This document shows, piece after piece, positions 1 to 12,404 of a DNA stretch of 64,000 nucleotides. The stretch lies in assembly GCA_025603075.1 (NCBI GenBank), contig MU626334.1, positions 28,921 to 92,920 of the forward strand, written 5' to 3'. Made by a program: the position numbers and the translations under genes. This stretch comes from Neoconidiobolus thromboides FSU 785 (taxonomy: Eukaryota > Fungi > Entomophthoromycota). How positions within the stretch are numbered: position 1 is the first letter of the stretch; the number at the start of each line of letters is the position of its first letter. The notes under the pieces were generated by a model, which saw only the letters and a program-made list of their open reading frames with translations, was not told the origin of the DNA and made no database searches.

Positions 1-32
1 GAATTTTATATTGCAGTTACTAAAACAACTTT

Positions 33-138
33 ATATGGGGATGTTTTTTTAGTTTCATTACTTTTTCCATTTTTCAAGCGCTATTTGAGTGGAAAAATTG
101 TTAGTAAAATTCTTAAACATAAAGATATATATGCATAC
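33..138 (+). mobile_element. ~98-bp MITE copy 1 (right terminus degenerate)
   Basis: ATAT-GGGGATGTTTTTTT left end and the family core TTCATTAC..AAGCGCTATTTGAG..TAGTAAAATTCTTAAAC; right end decayed (ATATATGC-ATAC). Confidence 0.85.
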
Positions 139-1019
139 CTTTTAAATAGTTATAAAAATTTATATCAACATGATGCTTTGAATTTTAAATAACTTTAAAT
201 AATATATTTAAAATTATACAACTAAAAAATATTAAATTAAAATATAAAATTTTAAGTAATAAAAAGTTTATTTTTTTATCATGTTCATATATATAATTTT
301 TAAAAGAGCTTTCAAAAAAAAGTTTTATTCAAGAAAAATACAAAAAGACTTAAGCTTTTGATGTTATAATTTTTTAAATATTTATTAAAAAAATTTTGCT
401 GTATTAATCTAGTAGCATCTATTTTAAATAGGGGCTTTAATTAAAATTACCAAGTTGACAATATATATTTTTAGATAAGAATTCAGTAATATTAAAGTCA
501 ATTTATAAGATTTGTTAATACTAATTGATTTTATTACTGACAAATCACAACAAATATATGTCTGCATTTCAACTCTTATAATACAGCTAATTAGTTGTCC
601 CAATTAGCATAATCATAATAAGCCTAATCTAAAACTTTATTTATTTTACTTTTAATAGGTAGATGGAACAGTTATTAGTAAATTAATTAATTTTTGATTT
701 TTTTAAACTCATTTTTTTAACCAATCATATTTTAACTCCATTTAATTAATTTTAATTTTAATTAAATTCTATTATTTATTCTAGATATTCTAATTCATTA
801 TTTGATTATTGTTTTAGCTTTTAATAGATACTCTTTTCTTTGAGCTATTAAATAGTATATTTTAAGTAATAAATTACTTCTCAAAAATTAAAGCGAACAC
901 ATTAAAAAGTTTATTAATTTTCTAATTTAGTATAAAAAAATAGAATTAAAAGATAGAACTAATAATAAAAAAGATAATTTATATAATATAAATAAAAAAT
1001 TAAGATAAAATATTTGACT

Positions 1020-1745
1020 TCAATTAGTTCTAAACGATAAAATGGAACGTACATCATTAGTAAATCTTAAAGCATCTAAAAAGGGTAATAAATCTAATAA
1101 AGCTTGATCATGAGCGTCCTGATTATACCACGATTGTATTACAACTGAATTATTAGGATGTTTTTCAAATGCTCTTGGTGAGTTATCAATTAATAATACT
1201 TGTGATAAATCCGATTCTATTAAACTTAAATCTTTTATATATCCTTTATCTTCGTGTGCTATACAAGACTATATAATAGAATAAATTATTATGATTGGCA
1301 TTTCTCTTTTCTTGTAGATTAAAAATTACTAATTACTTACTTCTCTATATAATCGAACTTTAATTAAACTATGATCTGGATCTAAAAGGTCGATTACCGC
1401 GTTGGCATATTCTGACATTGAGGCGGTAAATATAGCTAATTTATACCATTCCCCCACTTTATTTAAGAAATATTCTACATGGGGTCTTTTATAAACATAA
1501 TAAAGAGCTGCATGTTTATCCATTAATACTTCAACCATATGATCACAATTTTTAGAACCTTTAGACGTTGAATGAATTAATGTTTCATCTAAATCTAATA
1601 CTAGCCATTTTTTTTCTAATTTAGGTTTTAAACCTTTACTTAATTTGAAGATTGGATTGGGTAAGATACCGATTTTATCTAATAGTCGTTTCCATTGATC
1701 TTTAGCCTTGGTACCTGTTGATCGTTCAGTTTCTAATTTTAACAT
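1020..1745 (-). CDS. NEM1: Nem1/CTDNEP1 (Dullard)-type HAD phosphatase, 2 exons (1341..1745, 1020..1268)
   Basis: DLDETLIHS (DxDxT) motif, [17 protein letters not shown]; a GT-AG intron at 1269..1340 joins to [37 protein letters not shown], the characteristic Nem1/Dullard C-terminus. Confidence 0.85.
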
Positions 1746-3048
1746 GTTGAATTGAAATTATTGAAAAACAGTTAATTTTATTTACTTTTAATTAAATTTA
1801 ATCACTTTAGAAAATAAACGTGACCAACCAATCAAACTTTTCAATTTATAGCCTAAACCCTATTTGTTTAATTGCTTGTTTTTTAGTAATTAAACCCAAT
1901 TTACTTAGTTGGGATGAAATGGATTTGCCCAATATTTAACTCGGAATTCAATAATAGTTTAGAAACTTAGTACATGTTAAATAGAATTAATAACTATTGG
2001 TTTTATTATTATTAATGTATAAATATATGCTATGTTTTTATGATGAGCTACTGATAGATGGCATCTATCTTTATATATCTGTATAGTAGAGTTACAATCT
2101 TCACTTATTTGTATATCGAACTTTTTTCTATTTTGTTAATTAGCTTTTAGTAAAAAAAGTATGTTATAATTTATTTTGAAATAATTTTAAATTAAGTTAA
2201 TTAATAAAATACAATTTTACTTTTATTTTAAAATTGCTCTTAAATAGAATAAATATTTTTCAAAGGTTAACCTCAATAACAAGTGCGCGTGGTAATGTTT
2301 AAACTATAAACTAAATGAATATCAAACAATAAAAGTATAAATTTTTTAATATAATCATTATGCTTGATCTTTCAATATTAAATGCTTTTAGATTTTAAAT
2401 GGGATGAATCATAAACTCATAAATAAAATAAAACCTCTTAATTTTTTTAGCATTAATTTATTACAAATAATAGTTTCGGTATTTGGTGTATCAATTTAAA
2501 TGCCATTATTATAAAAGCATTTATTTTCATTTATCATATCAAGTTAACTACAATTGATATGTGACTACTATCTTTGTATTACTGATTAAACTAGTATATT
2601 GTACATTATAACAGATTGTATGGCATTTATTACTTCTGTTTACAAAATAAAACTTTATTAAGCAATTTATCACATTTAAATGATTTGAATATTTCGGATT
2701 TATGCCATAAATCAAATTTAGTTTTATTATCAACTATTGCAATTGTTGCAACTCACATTAATTTTTTTAGTGCTAATTTTTATAACCAATATGTTAGTTT
2801 TATTAGTTTTTTGAACCTCAATTTATAAATTTTGGTCAATTTGAGTAGATTTTTCTTCTTAAATAAAAGGTTAAATAGTTCATAAAAGAGCTATGAAAGT
2901 TGTATAGGGCATAAAAATCAAATCCATTTGTTTCATGCACTGACTTTTTTAAAGGCGACTTTTGTCTCAATATATAATAAAGAAAGTATATAAAGAGCCA
3001 AACCAATACTGAAAATAGAAACAAGTCAATCAAAAATCAAAATCAATT

Positions 3049-4026
3049 ATGATATTATCAACTAAAAAAATATTCAATTATTTTGAAAATCCACCCAGTG
3101 GGGATCTTGCGGTAGCTAAATTAAATGTGTTAAAAGCAATTTTACGTCGAGAAACGGAAGAACCTATAACTTTAGAAGAATATATACGATTTGTAAAACA
3201 TATATTAAAGAGTCCTGAGTATATCAATTTTTTAGAATGGTATACTCATTATCAAGAAAAATTTGAACGCTTGCCATTAAGTGAAAAAAAAAAGGTTCCT
3301 CTTCCTCCCACTGTTCAAGTAGGAGATAATTCGGTCCAATATAGTTTTGAAAAAAAAGAAATTAGTGAATCAAGCTCCGCTTCAAGTACAGATGTAGATG
3401 TAACCCAAATGCCACTAACTAATGAAATTGAATACTTTAAAAGGGAGTTTTTAAATTATGAATCTGAAAATGGATTAAATATTAATTCTTTGATTAAAAG
3501 AAAAGTATTAACTAATTTAAGTCAAACTACTCATCCAGAAGCTTTACGTGAGTTAGAAGATGAAATTTTAAAAGAATTGAGTTTAAATTCGATCGATAGA
3601 TTTTTAAAATATTCCGTTTATAGTGTTAATTATGGGCGTGCTTATTTTGTTATATTATTTAACCATATATTCTTTCTTTGTATTGGTATCGCTTTAATGT
3701 TCGTTTTATTTTACTGTATTTATGGAGAAGATAGATTATTTAAATCTTATTATGATACAAACTATTGGTATCGTATTATACCCATGTATTTCTTGAACAT
3801 GGGGCTATTTGGTTTATTTTTTTTAAATATGAGAATTTGTCCAGTAATGTATGCTTCTCGTATTAAAATGGTACCTCAAGATAAGACCCCTATCTTATAT
3901 AATCGTATCTTTGGTAAAGTAGAAGATCCTCTTGTAATTAGAATGCAATGGAAATTATTATTGAAATTAATCATTGGGTCCTTCGTTGTTTCAATGATTA
4001 TTAATACTATATTTTTCATGATTTAA
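3049..4026 (+). CDS. Uncharacterised 325-aa protein with hydrophilic N-half and 3-4 predicted TM segments in the C-half
   Basis: Uninterrupted ORF. Hydrophobic stretches YFVILFNHIFFLCIGIALMFVLFYCIY, IIPMYFLNMGLFGLFFL, LLLKLIIGSFVVSMIINTIFFMI. A paralog downstream supports coding status. Confidence 0.8.
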   Translation: MILSTKKIFNYFENPPSGDLAVAKLNVLKAILRRETEEPITLEEYIRFVKHILKSPEYINFLEWYTHYQEKFERLPLSEKKKVPLPPTVQVGDNSVQYSFEKKEISESSSASSTDVDVTQMPLTNEIEYFKREFLNYESENGLNINSLIKRKVLTNLSQTTHPEALRELEDEILKELSLNSIDRFLKYSVYSVNYGRAYFVILFNHIFFLCIGIALMFVLFYCIYGEDRLFKSYYDTNYWYRIIPMYFLNMGLFGLFFLNMRICPVMYASRIKMVPQDKTPILYNRIFGKVEDPLVIRMQWKLLLKLIIGSFVVSMIINTIFFMI

Positions 4027-5738
4027 AGCAAGCCATCAGTGTACCTTTAAGCATGTCTTATTCTAATCTTACATCATTTAAAATAATTTACTATTTATTA
4101 TTATCTTTATAAATAAACTTAATACTATAAATTTATACTATTTTATAATATTTTTTCTCATTGTTTTAATATTAAGACTAATATTGTAGTTTTATGCGAA
4201 TCAATTGTTCTTATAGTGTAAACTCGCAGTATAGTTTAATTTTAGAGAACATCTTACAATCAAATGTATTTTATTGTTTATAATTTGTAGTTAACTTTAT
4301 TTAATATGAATTTAGCGATCTAAAAAAGCCATAGTTCTTAAAATCATATTAAAAACAGCAAAGGACGTCTAGTTACAAGCTGTCCTATGTATGACCTTAT
4401 TGTTCGAATTAAAAGCCTTGACGGAGTTTGTTTTATTTAATCCAAGACTGAAAGTATTAAATTAATTTTTATTTAGTTTTTTCTTAGTTTATTAAATAAG
4501 TGAGTAAGTTTAAAAGCTTAGTTGAAATCAAAAATAAACTTTTTTATCTTTTTTTTGACCATTTACTATGTAGAATAAATTCTGAAATGTTTTTTTAACT
4601 CTGAGTACTGAATCTTTCAAATTTTAATGTTTGGGTGAGCCATGGTGTCAAAGTTATTTCATGTCAATTGGATCAACATCTTTCTGAAATTCAATATTCA
4701 AAGGGTCAATTTGATTTAAACCATGCAAGTAGAGTTCGTTATGGTTCTATCTTGATTTAAAATTATATATGAACAGAGTTCGCTCATAGTATTCAAGTGC
4801 TTAAATAAATACTAGAGAGAAAAACGTCCTAACAGGTTATAAAATTAAGCAAAAAAGTAATTTTTTTGTAGCACTTAGTGCTTAGTTCGGAATTTTTGCT
4901 AAAAATCTAAAAAAATTGAACTATTTTTAAACTAACTTCCATATTATTAATAATAGTAATAATCGGATTTGATATTTTCGTTTTATCCTTTCTCATCTGT
5001 TTTTGAATATTAAAAAACACCTCAATATACAAGTTAGGATACTTTTTTTTATTAGAGGGTAGAGTTGTTGCAGCTTTTTTGCGACTTAATTAATCGTTGA
5101 TTTAAGAGTAAGATACAAATAAAATCAGATTAAACTTAAAAATTATATATCAAAAAAATTTACAAGACGATGATTGACTCTAATAATTAATACAACCTGG
5201 GTTGTAATAGGATTGTAACAACTGAAGTCACAGTTTCAATATTTGAGTTTTATTAAATACAAGCAGTTTATTTTGAAAATAAACTCAAAAAATTATGCTA
5301 AAATCCAAATAGATGACTTGAATCATAAATTTTCATACATGAGGTTTTATTTGATGGAATGTTGATATTTTTTACACTTACACATTTTATTAAATTTCAA
5401 ATAATATAAATAAACTAAATGATGGGATTATCTACTTTTTTTATTCCATGAAGTTTGATAATTTTATTACTCGATTTATTAAACCCAATCTGACAGATGA
5501 CATGTATATATTAAATAGTTAACTATTATGTTCCACTTTATTGAGATAAATACTCTCCAATCATCTTTGACAAATATTCTCACTATGTAACACGCATTTT
5601 AAAGCTGCCGCATTATATCAAATTTCCATAATAGTACACCAAGTATCAAATAAAATTTGAGCAGCTATCGTCTAGGCAATAAAAATGATATTGTTCACCC
5701 AAAGGAATTGATATTGAAAAAAAAATCATAAATATACC

Positions 5739-6440
5739 ATGGGTAGGGATCAATGCATAAAAAATGGAACAATCTATCATCTTGTTAAAGAGCCTTTTTT
5801 ATTACTTTTACATTACAATATTGAATACTTTAAATTATTATTTTTTGATAAAGGCTCTGAATGTTTACTTAACACTGATCCAAAGTTAAAACGTAAAATA
5901 GCGAGTTTATTATGTTTTAAAAAACGTCTAGAAGCTTTAAGAGAGTTGGAACAAGCTGTATTAAAGGAACTGAGTTTAATAGCGATTAAATCCTTTTTAA
6001 ATTACTCATGTCATAATGCTAATTGCGGGCTTATCTATTTAATTTTATCGTTTAACTATATGGGGATGTATTTTTGTGTTTAAGAATTTTACTAACAATC
6101 TTTCTACTTAAATAGCGCTTAAAAAATGGAAAAGTAATGAAATCAAAAAAAACATCCCCATATGTTGATGTTAACCTTTGAGGTAGTATTTTTATTATGT
6201 CTATTATTTATAGTTTATGAACATCCGTTTTTCCTACCTTATTATGAGCCTAGCTATTTGTATCGAATTATGCCTATTTATTTAGCCAATCTTAGTATGT
6301 TTGATATTATTACTTCAAATAACAAGTTTTGTCCAATATTATATATTACTAATTATAGGCTATATCAAAAAGTAATAAATCACTGGCATATAATTATAAA
6401 CTTGGAAAAGTAATAGATGATATGGCAGTGTTTTTTTTGA
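5739..6440 (+). pseudogene. Disrupted tandem paralog of the 3049..4026 membrane protein
   Basis: EALRELEQAVLKELSL matches EALRELEDEILKELSL; YYEPSYLYRIMPIYLAN matches YYDTNYWYRIIPMYFLN; FCPILY matches ICPVMY. MITE inserted at 6058..6163, a frameshift near 6385 (YNYKLGKVIDD, matching YNRIFGKVEDP, is in another frame) and a second MITE fragment at 6420. Confidence 0.8.
6058..6163 (-). mobile_element. MITE copy 2, intact TIRs, TSD ATAT/ATAT
   Basis: Core 6062..6159 GGGGATGTATTTTT...AAAAAAACATCCCC flanked by ATAT on both sides. Confidence 0.95.
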
Positions 6441-6458
6441 CTTCATCACTTTTTCTAA
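6420..6458 (+). mobile_element. Truncated MITE left end
   Basis: ATAT-GGCAGTGTTTTTTTTGACTTCATCACTTTTTC matches the family left arm, then similarity is lost. Confidence 0.6.
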
Positions 6459-7010
6459 TTATTTTTTTGTTTTAAATATTAAAGAGCTACTGACATCAAA
6501 GTTATTGAGTTCAATCTTTCTGAGCTTAACTAAACTCAGTTCATTATAGTTTTTAGATAATATGACGTTTAATAAAATAACTAGTATCCTTTTTATCCTA
6601 AAGTATTCTTAGCTCTATTAACTTATGACGATTTACTATAAATTTCATTGAACTTTAAATATCAGTAATAAAAGCAACAGCATTAATTAATATTAGTTGA
6701 AAGGATAGTAATAAAAATGATGAGTAAACAAATTATTGATCTATTGCTTTGGTTAATATCCTTTTGCTATTTCAAAAAAAATTCAACTAGCCAATCCATC
6801 TTCAGTTAATGATTATTGAAAGTTAAAATTGAAGCTTAATTAAAATTAAGCTAATATAGGAGCGTGAGTAGAGCTATGATTATAAACAAAGTTTAGCTTT
6901 AAGGCTTTCATTAACAATAGTTAAAAGCAATTAAGTGCTTGAATTTTATATATTTGATAATTTTATTTTATTATATTTAATCTTAAAGTTCAATTTCCAA
7001 GCATTTGATA

Positions 7011-7103
7011 TACAGGGGTGTTTTTTTAAGATTTTTATTAATAAATTGTCCAGATTCATTGCATAAAAAATCAGAAAATTAAACTAAAATGAAATCTCTA
7101 TAT
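7011..7103 (-). mobile_element. Old degenerate MITE copy
   Basis: GGGGTGTTTTTTTAAGATTTTTATTAATAAATT...GCATAAAAAATC..AAACTAAAATGAAATCTCTATAT aligns loosely with copy 62588..62693. Confidence 0.5.
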
Positions 7104-7389
7104 TAACTAGGATGTTTTAATCTAGTTATTATTTTTCTAATTGATTTTTCAATAGTAATTCTTTACCATATAGAAATAAATTGTTTTGTTAAGAGACTTA
7201 TCTGATATTATAAATTTAATATTTAAAAAGTAAATAAAAAAGAAAGTTGAAAAGACATTTCATTTAATTTTTCAAACAGTTGAAATACTCAATCGGATAT
7301 TTTTACATGACAGAAGAGGCAAAGTCCATTAGTTAAGCACCAACTTTTAGTATAGCAAACGTTATTCTTTATTATTATTATTATTATTA

Positions 7390-9030
7390 TTATAATGCAA
7401 TTATATTAACATTATCATCACTTTGTAGTTCAGCATTATTGACTGGCTTGATAGGAATTCTACGATCTGAAAGTGGGCCAAAAATCGCTTCAATTTGATG
7501 TTTGCTTTTACTTAGTAGCTAAAATAATTTAATTAAATATTTAATTGGTGATATTACCTATTTACGTTTACCTCTGCTTGAGTACAATGTTTAAGTTCAT
7601 TGAATTGCTTATTTAGTAAGCTAGATAAATTTGTCTGTGATCTATCATGTTCTTTTTTAACTCGTTTGATATCTTCAATGTCTTTTTTATATTTTATCTA
7701 ATAAAAAATGTAATTACTTTTACTTCCTTTTGTGCTAGTTAATTTCTTACCAAAAACTCATCCAATTTTACCTTATTAGCTGGTAGTTTAATTTCTTTAA
7801 TATCCTCTATTTAAATTCAATAGGCATAAAATTATTATTATAGTTGTTAAACTATCTTACTTTGAATTCGACTACATGGAATTGGGTCAAATATTTCAGC
7901 TACCATGTCATGGTTCCTTTTATATCTCTGAGTAGCAACATCTTTTATATTTACTAAATCAAGATCATCTAATTTAAAATAAATTAAGTAAACAAACAAA
8001 CAAAAAAAATTTCCATTCACCTCCATAAATAACCTTTAAATTAGGTTGGATAGCAGCCAACTGTTGAGCGTGAGACATAGCAGGATCATTAGGGTTTCTG
8101 TTCTGCAAAAATTCATAAGCCAAAACTCATTAGAACCAAAGAATAACTCTTACCATTTTATTCATATTATCCATTGGATTCATAGAAATTCTATCTGACA
8201 AATAATTATTTCTTTTAATTTTATATGGGTTATTTTTAATTTCTCCTCCTTTTAACAAATTATTCTTTAAATGCTGTACATTTTGAAGGTTATTTTGATA
8301 AGGCATAATAGGTGCTAAATTCGATCCAGGTTTTAAATTTCTAGCTGCTAGCATAGGATTATAACTTTGATACATCGCTGCTTTATCCATAAAATTGGTA
8401 CTAGCTAATTAAAACGTTAAGCAAATGCTAAAGTTTGGTTTAATGAATTAAATTGATTACCGTCCGAGTTATGGGATAAATAATGAAACAATTGTAATTG
8501 AACTTCTTTTTTATTATCTAAAACAAATCGTCTGCGTATCATACTACTATCACTTCTTCCTGGTAAACAACCTTCTTTTTTTTCATATATAAGTAACTCC
8601 TTGATTAATGTTTTAATAAGCTAATTTCATTAATAATATTTTTTACTTTGCCATCTGGTAAATTAATAGAAGTACGTTTTTCTTGATCTCTCCACTCAAT
8701 ACTAAATTGACAATTTACTTAGTTACTAAAAATGATCAAATATAAATAATCTTTACCCATCTGGTGGTGAAGGGTTTAAATTAACAGGCATAAACATGAG
8801 AAAACATTGGCCATCTAAAATGATTAATCATCTGTTTTAAATTACAATGATAATTGTTGAAATTTACCGTTAGGAGTAGTAAGTTCTTTCCAAGCAAAAG
8901 CCAATTTTTCAGCTACGCCTGAAGCTTTATTTAAAGTATCACAAGCACTTTGATAAACCATTTTTTGTCGGATTATTGGATAATTGATATCCGCTACTAA
9001 ATACATTCTTAATACTTGGGGATTACTCAT
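7390..9030 (-). CDS. SSR4: SWI/SNF-RSC subunit Ssr4 homolog, multi-exon
   Basis: Manual splicing gives MYLVADINYP..FAWKELTTPNDGQCFLMFMP..PPDGIEWRDQE..KEGCLPG..MIRRRFVL..LQLFHY (Ssr4 N-domain pattern) and DDLDLVNIKDVATQRYKRNHDMVAEIFDP (Ssr4 C-domain pattern). Stop at 7390..7392. Confidence 0.7.
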
Positions 9031-9900
9031 GATTTAAAAGTTTTGATGTTGAATAGTTTTTTTTCAAAAAAAAACTAAATCTTAATTTGTTTTTTTGGGT
9101 TCTTGAATATTTTTATTGCAAAAATAAACTTTTGTTCACTTTATCGATTTTTTTAGGATTAAAAATTAAAAATAATAGATAAGTAATAATTTAAACTTAG
9201 TTTTTAGTTTATTAAACGTTGATAAATAAATGAAGTTTCGAAACTATTCAATTTTAAAGAACACTATTAAAAACACTGAATGATATCAATTCAGCTTTTA
9301 AATCGGATGTAGCTTACTTTTTTTTAGCATTATCTAAGCTGAGACCAACATCCACTTGTTTTCCATAAATATTGTGTTTATGGAGCTTTTCAAACTCCAG
9401 TATATGCTTGATGGCAATCTCGTTTTCATGAAACCTTATAAAACAATAATACCCATATTGATTTCTTTTTGGGTTAAATTTTTTCTAATAATAATTAGTT
9501 AATAGTTAATTTTTTGATTATAGTTCAATTACTAATGGTTTGATATGAGCGATTTCACCAAATTGAGAAAAGTAATCCTTTAATAGATTGGGTTCTATAT
9601 AGTCATATTAATTGATTGTTTCCTGTTACTGTCATTAAACTTTACCTTGATATAAATATTTACTCAATCGACCCACGAATAACTTTGACATAAAATAAAA
9701 AAAGTGAAAAAAGTGCTTCTAAAAAAAGTTGCAAAATTCTTTATCTCATAAATTCAAACAAATTCCTCCCATCAACGTCACCTGAAAATAAGATAACTTA
9801 AAATTCAAATCTAACTAAGGAATTAAATACCATAAATTATGAAAATGGAATTGACTTTGATTACCTTTTTATACCTTTACTTTTTAAGTTATAAAATAAA

Positions 9901-11023
9901 ATGTTACCTATTCTTAAGACTCAACTTCAACCAAGTTTAAAAACCAATTTCACTAAAACATTACTTCGTTGTTTAAGCAGCCAAACTCAAGACATCAAAA
10001 AAGTCGTTGTAATTGGAGCTGGCTTAATGGGTAGTGGTATTGTACAAGTATCTAGTCAAAGTGGCTATAAAGTGGTTATGGTAGATCAAAGCTCAGATGC
10101 CTTAAAGAAAGGAGAAGGGATAATTCGAGGGTCCTTAGCCAGAGTAGCTAAAAAAAAGTATACTGAAGAATCGGAACAAAAAGCATTTATTGAAAAAGTG
10201 AGCACCAATTACAGCGTATCTAATGATTTGACAAGTTCCTTAAAAGACAGTGATTTAGTTATTGAAGCTATTGTTGAAAATTTAGAAGTGAAACAAAAGT
10301 TGTTTAAATTATTAGATGAAAATAGTCCACAAAATACTATCTTTTGTTCCAATACTTCTTCTTTACCAATCAATCAAATCTCTCAGTTAGTTAATAGGAA
10401 AGATAGATTTGCTGGTTTACATTTTTTTAATCCAGTACCACAAATGAAATTAGTCGAAGTGATTTCGGGTGAAAACACTAGTAAAGAGGTAATTCAAAAT
10501 CTTACCAATTATTGTAAAGCTATTGGTAAAACCCCTATTCAATGCAAAGATACTCCTGGGTAAGTTTAATTTATTATTAGTATATTTTAGTAATTTTAAT
10601 GATTTTACTGCTAGATTTATTGTCAACCGTCTCCTTGTACCTTATATGCTCGAAGCTGTTAGATTACATGAAAGAGGAGATGCTACCATTGAAGATATTG
10701 ATATCGGTATGAAACTAGGTGCAGGATATCCAATGGGGCCTTTTGAATTAATGGATGTAAGTAATTAGTTATAATATTATATAATAATATGATAAGACAA
10801 TACAATAATATTAATAGCTTTATAATAATATATTAATATTATACTATTTTAGTACGTTGGATTAGACACTTTACAATTTATTACTAAACAATGGTATGAT
10901 TCTAATCCCCATTTACAAGGAGATAAATTAATTACTCCAAGTGAAACGATCCAAAAATTAGTCAGCGAAGGCAATCTTGGTCGTAAATCTGGTAAAGGTT
11001 TTTATGATTATTCCAAAAAATAA
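9901..11023 (+). CDS. HADH: Mitochondrial short-chain 3-hydroxyacyl-CoA dehydrogenase, 3 exons (9901..10559, 10615..10756, 10853..11023)
   Basis: Presequence, GAGLMGSG Rossmann motif, [67 protein letters not shown]. Confidence 0.95.
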
Positions 11024-11232
11024 ATTTGATATATGAGCATATGTATTATAAAGTAGATTTTACATTTATTCATATTTATAATTTAAGATTATTTTAATTG
11101 AAAGTTGGATTTGCATTAATCCATAGATGATGACGTAAAGACAAGGTTCTATTTTAACTATATGAGTGATAATCTAGCCAACATTAAGTAGAATATAATA
11201 TAATATTCAATAACGAACTATAATATAATAAT

Positions 11233-11339
11233 AAATTGGGATGTATTTTTGTGTTTAAGAGCTTTACTACCAAATTTTCCTCTCAAATAGCGCTTAAAAA
11301 ATGGAAAAAATAATGAAGTCAAAAAAAACATTCCCAAAT
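11233..11339 (-). mobile_element. MITE copy, TSD AAAT/AAAT
   Basis: AAAT-TGGGATGTATTTTTGTG...AAAAAAAACATTCCC-AAAT. Confidence 0.92.
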
Positions 11340-12296
11340 GCTATACTATTTGAAAAATTAGAGCCTATCTGAAGGACGGCTTTATTAATATAGAGTTGAC
11401 TTGATTCTCAGTTGTTTTTTAATATCCATATCCTATATAATTTTGACTAAATATAAAGCAACTAGTTTCAAAAATACTGATATCAGTATATTATATTAAA
11501 TTGCTACGGTTGATGCATAAGAATTACTTTATTTAAACCTTCTTTAATCATTAAACCCTCATTTTTTATATATACAAAGCATAAATGATTCTTTTAGCCT
11601 CTAAAACCCTATCAGAAATCTATGGAGAGAATAGCTAGTCCTTAATTTTCTTAAATTCAAAAACTGAAGAGCTTTATGTTTATTAGTTTGGAATATAAAA
11701 ACTAGGTAGATAGTTTCAAGAAGACAGAAAATCGAGTAGAGGATGAGTTTCGCAGAAGTTAGTGAAATCTTTCGCTATTGCTCCATTGAAGCCTACCATG
11801 AAGGTGAAAATCAATGATTTGATTATCTCTCGTTTGCTTTGAGCAAGTCTAAGAATGTAAAACCTGAGTTAAATGAAAATGAGGCTCAAGCGATGAGGAT
11901 AGAGATCTGCGGGAATTGAGAGAATGTGAATAAAACATTAGCTTAATGTGTGAAGAAGGGATGAAGAGAAAGATGGAACAAACCTTCACTGCGTAGGAAG
12001 TGCTTTTACAATAGAGTTTGTCCTCTATAAGAGACTGATGGATGTCATTAGCTTTTACTTTGATTAAAAAATTTTAAACACTCCAGGATCTCTTTATACA
12101 AACATTGGATCTTTTGCTTCATTAATAATAAAATTATTAACATTTTAAATATGACTAAAAAAGCTCTTTGGTTTATTGATACTATTGAATGTAAATAGAA
12201 TGTTATCAGTAGCTCCAAATAAGGTTTTTTACTTCAAAATAAACTTGGTACTTAAGTTAATAATTTATCAAAACCATAGTAAAGCCAAGAGTTATC

Positions 12297-12404
12297 ATAT
12301 GGGGGTGTTTTTTTTAACTTCATTATTTTTTCCATTTTTTAAGCGCTATTTGAGAGGAAAATTTGTTAATAAAATTCTTAAACACAAAATACATCCCTCT
12401 ATAT
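12297..12404 (+). mobile_element. MITE copy, TSD ATAT/ATAT
   Basis: ATAT-GGGGGTGTTTTTTTTAACTTCATT...AAAATACATCCCTCT-ATAT. Confidence 0.92.

Noticed and set aside
2053-2069. Perfect odd palindrome GATAGATG-G-CATCTATC next to a C-box-like ATGATGA/CTGA pair
   Set aside because: Single occurrence; the boxes are only a few nt apart, too close for a C/D snoRNA; compatible with chance.
2548-3033. Three short ORFs (61-70 aa)
   Set aside because: I/L/F/N/Y-rich translations typical of AT-rich noncoding DNA; no motifs.
4630-4760. VWVSHGVKV, resembling the GMP synthase VWMSHGDKV motif
   Set aside because: Similarity does not extend convincingly on either side and stops flank it.
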